DNA of 64,000 bases from Octopus vulgaris (taxonomy: Eukaryota). Below are positions 26,667 to 38,385 of this stretch, in pieces (the first letter of the stretch is position 1; every line of letters begins with the position of its first letter). The position numbers and the translations under genes are program-made. The stretch covers positions 12,462,001 to 12,526,000 of the forward strand of contig OX597823.1 in NCBI GenBank assembly GCA_951406725.2, given 5' to 3'. A model generated the notes under the pieces. It saw nothing but the letters and a program-made list of their open reading frames with translations, had not been told where the DNA came from and searched no databases.

Positions 26667-26936
26667 GATCAGCCTCCAAAATGTTCGAAAACGAAAATTC
26701 TAACGGTTATCCTTAAAATCATTGAGAAATCTTAAACGTTTTAAACATTTCTGAACGATTCATTAGCGAGAAATAATCGTGGTATCATCATCATCATCAG
26801 TAGCAGCCGCAGCAGCAACAACACCAAAAGCAGCAGCAACAACAGCAAAAGCATCAGCAACAATAATATTGGCTTCAAATTTTGGCACAAGGCCAGAACA
26901 AAAATAACAATAATAATTATAGTAATAATGATCATT

Positions 26937-27104
26937 GAGTAGCTGTGAGGTAAGTAGCTTGCTTACCAACCACATGGTTCTGGATTCAGTCCCATTGCGG
27001 GACACTTTGGGCAAGTGTCTTCTATTATAGCCTCGGGCCGACCAAAGCCTTGTGATTGGATTTGGTAGACGGGAACTGAAAGAAGTCCGTCGTACATATG
27101 TATG

Positions 27105-27184
<80 letters not shown>

Positions 27185-27403
27185 TGTGTGTGTGTATATG
27201 TTTGTGTGTCTGTGTTTGTCTCCCTAACATCGCTTGACAACCGATGCTGGTGTGTTTACGTCCCCGTCACTTAGCGGTTCGGCAACAGAGACCGATAGAA
27301 TAAGTACTAGGCTTACAAAGAATAAGTCCTGAGGTCGATTTGCTTGACTAAAGACGGTGCTCCAACATGGCCGCAGTCACCTGACTGAAACAAGTAAAAA
27401 AGT
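26937..27403 (+). mobile_element. SINE family B, full length
   Basis: Head, CORE-like block, expanded internal (TA)n and tail all present. Confidence 0.9.
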
Positions 27404-27407
27404 ATAG

Positions 27408-27588
27408 ACTCAAGGCCTGAAACTTGGGGAGGGTGCTTTTCGACTGTATCGACCCCAGTTTTTCCCTGGTACTTAATTTATCGGCGATGAAAGTCAAAGT
27501 CGAATCTCGGCGGAATTTGAACTCAGAAAGTAAAGACAGACGACATACCACTACGCATTTCGACCGGAGTGCTAAAGTTTCTCCGCCT
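27408..27588 (-). mobile_element. SINE family A (A2), degenerate
   Basis: Core and head similarity. Confidence 0.75.
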
Positions 27589-28043
27589 CAGACGGAGGAG
27601 GTAATAATGAGAAAAAAAAAAAGCAATCACAGCAAGTTCCAACAGCATTCATCGAAATTCTACGTTTGTATAATTCTCTTTTATGAGTAAATCAATGCAT
27701 CTTTCCAAATCGTACCAACGTGCTAAATATTTTTCTGATAATTAAATTAGCAAATGGACTGGATTACTGCAAAATTAGGATTTAGATAACTCATAGTATT
27801 GATAACAATATAATAAATTTTAGTCTTTTAACTGCAAGCTGTGATTAATGGTTTCTTATAAACTGTAAACAGTATGCTTAAAAGCTGATTTAAATTTGAA
27901 GCATACATTGTCAAAATTCTGTTGAAAATGTTTACATTTAGCATTTCGATATTCTTATATAGACGTGTTTCTGCCCTCTGAACGTTCTTGTTTGCCGTGA
28001 ACTCATGGGTTAATCGTAAAAATGACAGTGCATTATGAAACAC

Positions 28044-28284
28044 ACTCTTTACTCTTTTTCTCTTTTACATGTTTCAGTCATTTTGACTGCGGCCATGCTG
28101 GAGCACCGCCTTTTAGTCGAGCAAATCGACCCCAGGGCTTATTCTTTGTAAGCCTAGTACTTATTCTATCGGTCTCCTTTGCCGAACCGCTAAGTAACGG
28201 GGACGTAAACATACCAGCATCGGTTGTCAAGCGATGTTGGGAGGACAAACACAGACACACAAACATATACACACACAAACATAT

Positions 28285-28362
<78 letters not shown>

Positions 28363-28777
28363 CAAAATAAAAACATGATGCAAAGGATTTAGCGGTACAT
28401 ATGTTTCGGGCCTTTATTAGACGGTTTATAACAATGCATAATTGATGTAAATGTGTGTCTATAGCCTTCTTCAGCCGCGTACAATTACTACTTCAAGGAC
28501 ATGTATTACATTATAAGTTTTACGTTGGGGATGCAAATCCTCATAGTCGCGTACGACAGAGCGAGGCACCGGAACAAAATCAAAACGTCCATCCCGTTTT
28601 TCACACATATATATGTATACGACAGGCTTCTGTCTGTTTCCGTCTACCAAATCCACTCACAAGCCCTTGGTCGGCCCGAGGCTATAGTAGAAGACACTTT
28701 CCCAAGCTGCCACGCAGTGGGACTGAACCCGGAACCGTGCGGTTGGTAAGCAAGCTACATACCACACAGCCACTCCT
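28044..28777 (-). mobile_element. SINE family B split by a ~245-bp HHR-bearing insert in its internal microsatellite
   Basis: 3' half 28044-28335, insert ~28363-28605, 5' half 28617-28777. Confidence 0.88.
28392..28478 (-). ncRNA. Type I hammerhead ribozyme motif with long stem II
   Basis: gcgg-CTGAAGA-aggc tatagac...gtcta ataaag gccc-GAAA-catatg-TA-ccgc. Confidence 0.82.
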
Positions 28778-28862
28778 GTTGATAGTTTTAAACACTTTCT
28801 TCAACCATGCATAATATTGTTAACTGTAAAATTACCATACATTTTCTTCAATATATACTTAA

Positions 28863-29253
28863 TCTTTACATATAAAAGTGAGGTTGTGTGCTGTCTGTCT
28901 CCTACGATTTAGATTCCTAACTACTCTCACATTTTGCGGTGCAGTTTAACCAAAACCGGGTATCTTATAGTCGTGATTCATATCGAGCCCTTCTGGGTAT
29001 TAGCGCGCGTCTACGATGAGTCTACAATTTTAAAAAAATTACCATCAATTTTTCCCATTTTTAATGCACTTTTGGCATATATAAGGGAATTAACTCTCTA
29101 AAAATTTATCATTAAATCTCAGAACATAAAAAGCTACAGTACCCCCCCTTTGTGGTTAGCCATATTGAGATGGCTATTATACTTTACATCTCTAAAAATG
29201 CTTATATAGTAATTTCCCTTACAAACCCGAGCAACGCCGGGCGATACTGCTAG
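28863..29253 (+). mobile_element. Non-autonomous Helitron, copy 3
   Basis: A|TCTTT...CCCGAGCAACGCCGGG-CGATACTG-CTAG|T. Confidence 0.9.
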
Positions 29254-29480
29254 TGACAAAAAAAAGTCAAGATTGTAGAATAAGATTGCAAACCGATACA
29301 ATGTCAAACTATAACCGTCCAGTAACCGATGTTATAGAATCGAAAGCAATTTACCAAGGCACAACAAGCCCCAAAATCTCTAAACTCAGTAAGAAAAAGA
29401 CAAAGGAAACGAAAACCCTTGAGCAATAAAAGCTATCTTTTAAATGCCTTTCCAATGGTTGCAGTGGGACGGTAATGAAA

Positions 29481-30067
29481 GCGGCGAGCTGGCAGAACCG
29501 TTAGCACGGCGGGCGAAATGCTTAGCGGTATTTCGTCTGCCGTTACGTTGTGAGTTCAAATTCCGCCGAGGTTGACTTTGCCATTCATCCTTTCGGGGTC
29601 GATTAAATAAGTACCAGTTATGCACTGGGGTCGATGTAGTCGACTTAATCCATGTGTCTGTCTTTGTTTGTCCCCTCTGTGTTTAGCCCCTTGTGGGTAG
29701 TAAAGAAATAGGTATTTCGTCTGCCGCTACGTTCTGAGTTCAAATTCCACCGAGGTCGACTTTGCCTTTCATCCTTTCGGGGTCGATTAAATAAGTACCA
29801 GTTACGCACTGGGGTCGATGTAGTCGACTTAATCCATGTGTCTGTCTTTGTTTGTCCCCTCTGTGTTTAGCCCCTTGTGGGTAGTAAAGAAATAGGTATT
29901 TCGTCTGCGTTACGTAGTGAGTTCAAATTCCGCCGAGGTCGACTTTGCCTTTCATCCTTTCGGGGTCGATTAAATAAGTACCAGTTACGCACTGGGGTCG
30001 ATATAATCGACTTAATCCGTTTGTCTGTTCTTTCTGTGTTTAGCCCCTTGTGGGTAGTAAAGAAATA
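29481..30067 (+). mobile_element. SINE family A tandem trimer (one head plus three ~184-bp bodies)
   Basis: GGTATTTCG restarts at 29527, 29711 and 29895. Confidence 0.92.
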
Positions 30068-30401
30068 GGTAATAATGGCCAGGTCGCAGTTTTGCTACGA
30101 AATATTTGGTACCCCGCCACCCCGGCCATTAAATAAATCGGTAATGTAGTGTAAATCTAAAACCTCTTTTGAGTTTTGATAAAAGGCTAGAATAACTCTT
30201 CCATGGTTGTAACTATTTTAGTTTCAACATACGGTTACAGATCAAATAAATTAATTAGACATATATATATATATATAACTCCGAATTACCTTCTTGTTCG
30301 TTCCGAAAATGGAATATCTAAATTTATGACTTAAACCCTGAGTTATAAAGGTAATAGCAACAAAAACCTCCTCCTCCTCCTCCTCCTCCTCCTCCTCCTC
30401 C

Positions 30402-30446
<45 letters not shown>

Positions 30447-30543
30447 ACAACAACAACGACAACAGTATTAGCAATATTTTGTGATTGGGTAAACGCGTGA
30501 CTTCATCTAAAGAAACAAAGTATATGTAATATAATACATGAGT

Positions 30544-30597
<54 letters not shown>

Positions 30598-30600
30598 GCG

Positions 30601-30632
<32 letters not shown>

Positions 30633-31045
30633 TGTATGTATGTAGGAATGTATAATAAAGTAGAGAGGAAGAGAGAGGAGGGAAGAAAGACAGAGACATA
30701 TGGAGAGGATGGATTTAACAAAGTGCTTCTTTCAAAGTCTGGGTCTGGCACGTCAGATAAAATATAGTTGACAGCAGCCAGTGAGGTGAGATAGATGCAA
30801 AGAGTGGATATAAAAACCCAGGCTGCGGTATAATGTCAACAAGTTCAGAGGAGGTGGGTTGAATTATTTACGGTTGCACTTAGTGTGAGGATGAGATGAC
30901 ACAGTGCTCGTGTTGAACCAGTGTTTATTCAGTGTCTGGTGAGGGAGGGATGGGCTATCAGACATCTGGCTTTTTTCAGGGAGTGCGCACGGCGTGCGTG
31001 TAAGTCTAACGAGTTTGCAGCGCTAATGAGCATGCAACATTAATA

Positions 31046-31441
31046 TTCTTTTCTAATTTAAGCACAAGACCAGAAATTTTGGTGGAGGAGGCTAGTCGAT
31101 TAGATCGACCATAGTACACAACTGGTACTTAATTTATCAACCCCGAAAGGATCAAAGGCAAAGTCGACCTCGGCGGAATTTCAACTCAGAACGTAAAGAC
31201 AGACGACATACCTATTTCTTTACTACCCACAAGGGCTAAACACAGAGGGGACAAACAAGGACAGACAAACGGATTAAGTCGATTACATCGACCCCAGTGC
31301 GTAACTGGTACTTATTTCATCGACACCGAAAGGATGAAAGGCAAAGTGGACTCGGCGGAATTTGAACTCACAACGTAACGCAGACGAAATACCGCTAAGC
31401 ATTTCGCTCGGCGTGCTAACGTTTCTGCCAGCTTGCCGCCT
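31046..31441 (-). mobile_element. SINE family A dimer (A1 plus head-less A2)
   Basis: Junction near 31210 (tacc|tatttc on the plus strand). Confidence 0.88.
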
Positions 31442-31544
31442 TATACCTAAGACTATATTATCCAACATGTTCTAGTTTAATGAGAGAGATTTGGCTGCAA
31501 TCTGGCTGTTATTTCTAACGTCTTTGCCAACTCACCGCCTTTAT

Positions 31545-31760
31545 ATTCTTTTCTACTCTAGGCGCAAGGCTCGAAATGTTTGGGAAGCGAGGACCAGTCG
31601 AGCAGATCGACCACAGTACGCAACTGGTACTTAACTTATCGACTCCGAAAAGATGAAAAGCAAAGTTGCCCTCGGCGGAATTCGAACACTGAAAATAAAG
31701 ACAAGAAATACCGCCAGGCATTTCGCCTCGGCGGGCTAACGTCTCTGCTAGCGCGTCGTC
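31545..31760 (-). mobile_element. SINE family A (A2)
   Basis: Head, core and tail similarity. Confidence 0.8.
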
Positions 31761-31829
31761 TTATACAACACTAATATTGCTTTTATTATACATCCATGCA
31801 TGTTGTAAGTGTGTATTTATATAAATGCG

Positions 31830-31908
<79 letters not shown>

Positions 31909-32061
31909 ATCAATAATATAAAGGGTGAAATTAATTAATTTATAATTTCAAGTAGAGTTCGGCATTAAAAGACCCATTCAAGGAAGGTTTAAGTAATACT
32001 AAGTAATTAAGGGTTATTCAAATTTTTTATTCTTTATGCTCTACTCAAGTAGAGTTGTTTC

Positions 32062-32352
32062 GTTTCAGTCATTTGACTGCGGCCATGCTGGAGCACCGCC
32101 TTTAATCGAGCAAATCGACCCCGGGACTTATTCTTTTGTTAGCCCAGTACTTATTCTATCGGTCTCTTTTGCCGAACCGCTAAGTAACGGGGACATAAAC
32201 ACACCAGCATCGGTTGTCAAGCAATGCTAGGAAGACAAACACAGACACAAACACACACACGCATATATATATACATATATACGACGGGCTTCTTTCAGTT
32301 TCCGTCTACCAAATCCACTCACAAGGCTTTGGTGGCCTGAGGCTATAGTAGA
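32062..32352 (-). mobile_element. SINE family B, 5'-truncated
   Basis: Matches the B tail and middle. Confidence 0.85.
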
Positions 32353-32557
32353 ACAAGCAGAGCACACATGTATTGTGTATGTGTGTTTCATAATACGTGT
32401 GTGCGTGTGTACGTGTGTGTGTGTGTGTGTTATCAAATTGCATTCATACATCTATCGCAAATAGATGCAGCTTCTAAGAGTTCTTCGTTTTCTTTATATT
32501 AACCGTCTTTAAGTCCTCTCCATCAAACACTCATACATCAAAACCGACGGGAGCGGC

Positions 32558-32612
<55 letters not shown>

Positions 32613-32653
32613 AAGAAACTTTTCAACTTTTTCTCAGTGTTTTGCACACGTAT

Positions 32654-32685
<32 letters not shown>

Positions 32686-32950
32686 ACAAATGCACATCGG
32701 AAAAAAAAAGCGACTACTGTGATAATGATGAAGGAATTATATGCAAAAATATGTATGTTCTTTTCACTCTTTGATAAAGGTGTCGCAATATAAGACGAAA
32801 ATAAGAAAAAAAATAAGGAATATTCTTAGAAGCGCTTCTTTTCCCTTATGCAGTAACTCCCTCTCTCTTTTTCTCTCCCACTCTTTTTCTCTCTCTCTCT
32901 CTTTCTCTCTCTGTTATTCTCTCATATAATGTGGACTACTTATATATATA

Positions 32951-33253
32951 TAATGTGGATATCCTGAAAATTTATTATTACTGACGAAAGTAGAGTTTTA
33001 TCTGTATATAAGAAGCTCTCACAAGAGAAATGGAGCAGTTATGCGGTCTTCTACAGTGTATCAACGTTAGGTATGTTATACAGCATTCTATTCTAAACCA
33101 ATATTGTCTCTCACGTGATTTAACGAGTTCTTCACCAACCAGCAAGCCAGTCAGTTATGTTTGACACCAATGATTTGTTATTCACTGATTTGTATATCAG
33201 TAGAAGCGAATTTGTGTACGCATGCGATCGGCAATAGATACTTGCTGCTGACA
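32951..33253. repeat. 303-bp unclassified direct repeat, copy 1 (copy 2 at 36141-36443)
   Basis: Colinear alignment, roughly 90% identical by eye; both copies start right after (TA)n. Confidence 0.9.
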
Positions 33254-33347
33254 ACGCGCAGACACATAATTTATGATTTACAAGTCCACCACCACTGTTG
33301 GACGCTTTTTGCCTGATACTTAAACATGTCTGTGCTCTGTAGAACTA

Positions 33348-33424
<77 letters not shown>

Positions 33425-33505
33425 GTCTGTCTGTCTGCCCTTCTCTCTCTGCTCTTCTTTCTCTCCCCTTCTTTCTCTCTCTCTCTCTCTCTCTTTATAT
33501 GTATA

Positions 33506-33781
33506 GGTCGTGAGTTCAATTCCCAGAGACGCGTTGTATCCTTGAACAAGACACTTTACTTCACGCTGCTCCAGTTCACTCAGCTAGCAAAAATGAGTAG
33601 TACCTGTATTTCAAAGGGCCGGCCTTGTCACATTCTACGTCACGCTGAATCTCCCTGAAAACTGCATTAAGGGTACGCGTAGCTGTGGAGTGCTCAGCCA
33701 CATGTTCGTTAATCTCAGAAGCAAGCTCTTCCGTTGATCGGATCAACTGGAACCCTCGTCTTCGTAACTGAGGGAGTGCCA
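33506..33781 (+). mobile_element. SINE family D (distinct head and core, tail type 1 shared with family C), 5'-truncated
   Basis: gagttcaattccc...tccttgaacaagacac; tail gaaccctcgtcttcgtaactgagggagtgc. Confidence 0.8.
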
Positions 33782-33813
33782 CTTTATATATATATATATA
33801 TAGAGCACGGTCC

Positions 33814-34476
33814 GTGGACCGTGTATCTGCTCTCTCTCCCCGAACCCGCCCTGTAGTCTCCCGCCTCCCTTTTCCCCTCACTTACCACCCCACGACCCTA
33901 CGTCTCCAACGCACCATTCTTCGAGCTTTCCGTCATCTCCAGTCCGACCCGTCCACTTCACACCTCTTCCCTAACCGACCCCTCCCCTCTTTCAAACGAG
34001 CCCACAACCTTCGAGACCTTTTGGTCCATAGCTCCTTCTCTGACCCTACCTCCCAACCCGGCTCGTTCCCCTGCTCCCGCCCACGTTGCCGCACTTGCCC
34101 TTACCTCTCCAACACCACCCGCCTCACTTGCACCCACCATCGACCCTATCCCATCATCCACTCCTTCACCTGCACCTCCAGCAATATTATCTATTGCATC
34201 TCTTGCTCTCTCTGCAATTCCTTGTACATCGGACAAACGGGACGCCGCTTGGCTGACCGGTTCGCGGAACACCTTCGTGACATCCACCTTGCGAACGACA
34301 CACCGGTCTCACGCCATTTCCGCTCCACCGGTCACTCCTTGCAACACCTATCTGTGTTCGGTTTGTCCTTACACAGAGGCCATCCGGATTCCCGTTTGCG
34401 CCGTGAACAGGAATTAATCTTCTCTCTTCGCTCTTATACGCCATTTGGTCTCAACTCTCCCCCCCTCCTCATCTAA
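33814..34476 (+). CDS. Penelope-like element ORF C-terminus: RT thumb/linker plus GIY-YIG endonuclease (5'-truncated, frame open)
   Basis: LTYHP, FKRAHNLRDLLVHS, CSRPRCRTC, FTCTSSNIIYCISC..C..LYIGQTGRRLADRFAEH, REQELIFSLRSYTPFGLN. Confidence 0.93.
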   Translation: MDRVSALSPRTRPVVSRLPFPLTYHPTTLRLQRTILRAFRHLQSDPSTSHLFPNRPLPSFKRAHNLRDLLVHSSFSDPTSQPGSFPCSRPRCRTCPYLSNTTRLTCTHHRPYPIIHSFTCTSSNIIYCISCSLCNSLYIGQTGRRLADRFAEHLRDIHLANDTPVSRHFRSTGHSLQHLSVFGLSLHRGHPDSRLRREQELIFSLRSYTPFGLNSPPLLI

Positions 34477-35311
34477 CCCCCCTCTCCCCCTCCTCACCTA
34501 TCCTTTCTCCCCCGACCCCTACTTCTTCAGTCCTTCATCCTTTCACCCCTACTCCCCTTCCCTTCTTCCCTCTTTCTCCCTCCCTCTTCCCCTTCCCTCT
34601 GCTCCCTCACTCCCTCTCTCCCCTTCTCTCTCCCCCTCTCCCTCTTTCCTCCTTCATCCCCCTCCTCCCCTTCCTTCTCCCCTTCCTCTCCTCTTCCCCC
34701 TTCTCCTCCCCCTCTTCTTCCCCTTCCCTTCTCCCCCTCTTCTCCCCCTCCCCCTCTTCTCCTCACTACACCACATGACTTTACACATCACATCACATAT
34801 GATGTGCCATACTAATACACACACCAACTAATACATACTAATACGTACTAATACATACTAGTACATACTAATACTTACACCAACCCTATACATACACACG
34901 TCCAGACCCCGCATACGCACTTATACTCTCTCATACACACACACACACCTATACATACCAATACGTACTAATACATACTAATACATACTAATACATACAC
35001 CAACCCCATACATACGCACGTCCAGACCAATCCTACGCACTAATACTCTCTCATACACACACACACACACACACCCTTATACATACTAATACATACACCA
35101 ACCCTATACATACACACATCCAGACCCCTCCCACGCACTATTAGCTGGTCCCTCAACCCTTTTATCAACCCTATTATCTCCCCTTATTTCGCTCTCGCGT
35201 CTCATGTTTGATCTTTGACCTCTGGCCGAAATCAGATCGCCATGTTGATTCGTTAGCTACTGCACGCATTTTTTTTCTCTCCTTCTTTCTGTGTTTTTCT
35301 CTCTCTGTGTA

Positions 35312-35349
35312 TCTTTCTGTTGAAGAGCGTAGGCTCGAAACGTTAAAGA
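35312..35349 (+). ncRNA. Compact type I HHR variant in Penelope pLTR (A6U core)
   Basis: tcttt-CTGTTGA-a-gagc gtag gctc-GAAA-cg-TT-aaaga. Confidence 0.75.
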
Positions 35350-35446
35350 CTTGTTTTATTTATATTTCCTGAGCGCCATACTAATACAATTGTTCGTTTG
35401 TTTTCCACCTGCCTTCGTCTTTTGTTTATTTTCATAAAGCTTCCCG

Positions 35447-35484
<38 letters not shown>

Positions 35485-35501
35485 GTCTGTCATCTCTCTC
35501 A

Positions 35502-35536
<35 letters not shown>

Positions 35537-35545
<9 letters not shown>

Positions 35546-36134
35546 GTCAAATGCGATACAATAAAATAAATTATTATCGCTGGTGTTCTAGGACACGCCA
35601 TATATTATTCATATATAAGTACATTAAAAGGCGAAGTGTGTACTAGATACACAAAAGCTGGATAAATTTAATGAGATGAAAATTAAAAACTTTTACAAAC
35701 TTAGTTCTTCTTAGACTGCAGTTTCGCCTATTTCAGCAATAAAAATAATATTTATTTACTCAGGTAGGCTCTTCAGTAAGATTCCTGTTATTATGGGAAG
35801 CGCACATTAATAGAGGCACATGCGTCTATTAAATTGCTCTTTCTAAACTATTCAAATCACTGCGCAGACTCAGAACGTACCCGACAAAATAGGGATTTCT
35901 GGTATATCGTCTAACGCTCAAAAATTTATCGAGAAAATACGTAAACAAAGTCAAATGCGATACAATAAAATAAATTATTATCGCTGGTGTTCTAGGACAC
36001 GCCATATATTATTCATATATAAGTACATTAAAAGGCGAAGTGTGTACTAGATACACAAAAGCTGGATAAATTTAATGAGATGAAAATTAAAAACTTTTAC
36101 AAACTTAGTCCTTCTTAGACTGCAGTTTCGCCTA
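35537..36134 (-). mobile_element. Non-coding head-to-tail repeat, 404-nt period, carrying an HHR (retrozyme-like or tandem pLTR)
   Basis: 35537-35730 is repeated at 35941-36134 with one mismatch seen; flanked by (TA)n. Confidence 0.82.
35709..35781 (-). ncRNA. Canonical type I hammerhead ribozyme motif
   Basis: tctta-CTGAAGA-gccta[AT-rich hairpin]taggc-GAAA-ctgcag-TC-taaga. Confidence 0.92.
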
Positions 36135-36140
36135 TATATA

Positions 36141-36443
36141 TAATGTAGATATCCTGAAAATTTATTATTACTGACGAAAGTAGAGCTTTATCTGTATATA
36201 AGGAGCTCTCACAAGAGAATTGGAGCAGTTATGCGATCTTCTACAGTATATCAATGTTAGGTATGTTATACAGCATTCTATTCTAAACCAATATTGTCTC
36301 TCACGCGATTTAACGAGTTCTTCACCAGCCAGCACGCCAGCCAGCCATGTTTGACACCAATGATTTGCTATTCACTGATTCGTATATCAGTAGAAGCGAA
36401 TTTTTGTAAGCATGCGATCGGCAATAGATACTTGCTGATGACA
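36141..36443. repeat. 303-bp unclassified direct repeat, copy 2
   Basis: See 32951-33253. Confidence 0.9.
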
Positions 36444-36654
36444 CGTGAAGTTTTCTGAAGACGAATATATATATATATATATAAGCCAGCTTTGAGAAGA
36501 AGAAACGAAACGAAATCAAACGAATCGAATCGAATCGACCTGAAGGCGCTCAGTCATACAATAATGTAATAAATAAAATATATGCATATATACAAACATA
36601 TATATACGTACGTACATCTACATGTATATATACTTGCATATATAAATATATATA

Positions 36655-36950
36655 CGTGTGTACAGGACACCACAAATAGACGTAGAACTCAACGAGAAAC
36701 GAAAACGTAAAAACAGCATGGAACGGACCATTTTTTTAACAACGAAAAAAAAGCAGAGTACCAGACAACTACACAAGGAAAAATCCCCTTCATCAGCTGT
36801 CCCTAGTTCAACTCCAGCGTGTTTCGAAGGTGAGGACAGAACACGTCTCATCGAACTAATCCTTCCTGCGAAAGAATTAAATAAAATTCCTTTGCAGAGG
36901 GGTAAAAACAAGGAAAAAAAATGTGACAAAAACAGGACGTAAAAACAATA
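36655..36950 (-). mobile_element. pLTR-like fragment with split CTGATGA / CGAAAC motifs
   Basis: Minus strand ...ccttcGAAAcacg...ggacagCTGATGAagggg. Related pieces at 42555-42635, 42845-43520 and 47865-48090, all in TA-rich context. Confidence 0.4.
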
Positions 36951-37289
36951 CATTTAAGAACAAATACAAAGTAAAAATGCAATTACAAAAAATACAGTAC
37001 AAGAAGGAATATAAATTTATATGAATAAAGATGAGATCAATATTTAAATACCGATCTTATCAGGTGGCCAGCATGGGAATAAAAACCTTTGAAAGGTAAT
37101 GATTACTTAAAATTATAACGTGTGTGTGTATGACTAAAGTATCTGTGCGATCCAGAAAGGGTGAAAGGCAAAGGTTCCATTCGAGGCATTTGAACTCAGA
37201 ATATGAAGGGGGGGAGGACAGAGGAAATACTGCAAAGCACTTTTCCAACACCATATTGTTTCCGCTGGATCGCTACGCTGTTGTTATAG

Positions 37290-37337
<48 letters not shown>

Positions 37338-37399
37338 GTAGTAGTAGTAGTAGTAGTAGTAGGAATAATAATAATAATAATAATAATAATAGTAATAAT

Positions 37400-37467
<68 letters not shown>

Positions 37468-38164
37468 GTGATGATAGCAGTGTGTGTAACGCTAGCTAAC
37501 TGGCTTGCAGGCTTGAATGATCTAATGTTTACGTGATGAGCTGCGTGTATCTGCATCGGAAGAGCCGTATGCCAAAACCGATTTTCATACAGATTATGCA
37601 ACATTAACTTCCTGGTAGATAAGCTGTTATCACTTACTGCTGAAACCACACATCCTGTTCTATAATATTATTTTTTGCGTCATAACCACAACCAACACCG
37701 ACATTAGCTTTAACACAAACCCATCCTCCACCGCTAAAATCAACACTACTTCACCAGCAACAACAAGAAGAAAGAGGACGACAACGTCGATTATAATAAC
37801 AACAATACTATTAATAGTATTGCTGTGAAGATTGTACTAGTAATAATAATTCTAATCGAGAATTCTTCTAACCTAGGTAGAGGTTATGAAATTTTATATG
37901 GGAGGAGGGGGGTTAATTGATAGCAACGAGTTTGGTACTTGAATTGTACTTAATTTTATCAACTCCCCCCCCCCAATCCACCATCCCAAAGAGTGCAAGA
38001 AAAAATGATCCTTGGTTTGAATGTAGAACGTAGAGAGTCGCTAGAAATACTGCAAGATATTTCTTCTAACGCTGTTAGAATTCTGCCACCACTTCATTTG
38101 TTGTGGTGGTAGTGGTGGCAGTAGTAGTGGTGATGGTGGTAACGAAAGTAACAGAAATATCTTT

Positions 38165-38385
38165 ATAATTTTGGCACAACCCCAGCAATATTCAGGGGTG
38201 GTTGGGGAGAGGCAAGGAGACAATTACATCGACCCCAGCACATGACCGGTTCTTTATGTTATTGACCTTGAAAGGATGAAGGCAAAAGTTTACGGGGTGA
38301 GATTTGAATTTGGCATGTAAAGAGCCGGAAGAAATTCTTCTAAGCATTTTGTCCGACGCGCAAACAATCCTGTAAGCTCGCCGTT
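38165..38385 (-). mobile_element. Old SINE family A copy (more diverged relatives at ~37050-37270, 37860-38095, 53210-53640, 53870-54070, 54430-54620)
   Basis: gaaaggatgaaggcaaa core and head remnants. Confidence 0.65.

Larger units (their letters stand above)
33803..35447 (+). mobile_element. 5'-truncated Penelope-like element with 3' pLTR
   Basis: GIY-YIG ORF, pyrimidine tract 34477-34765, ~120-bp tandem repeats 34808-35140, pLTR ~35215-35447. Flanked by (TA)n on both sides. Confidence 0.88.
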
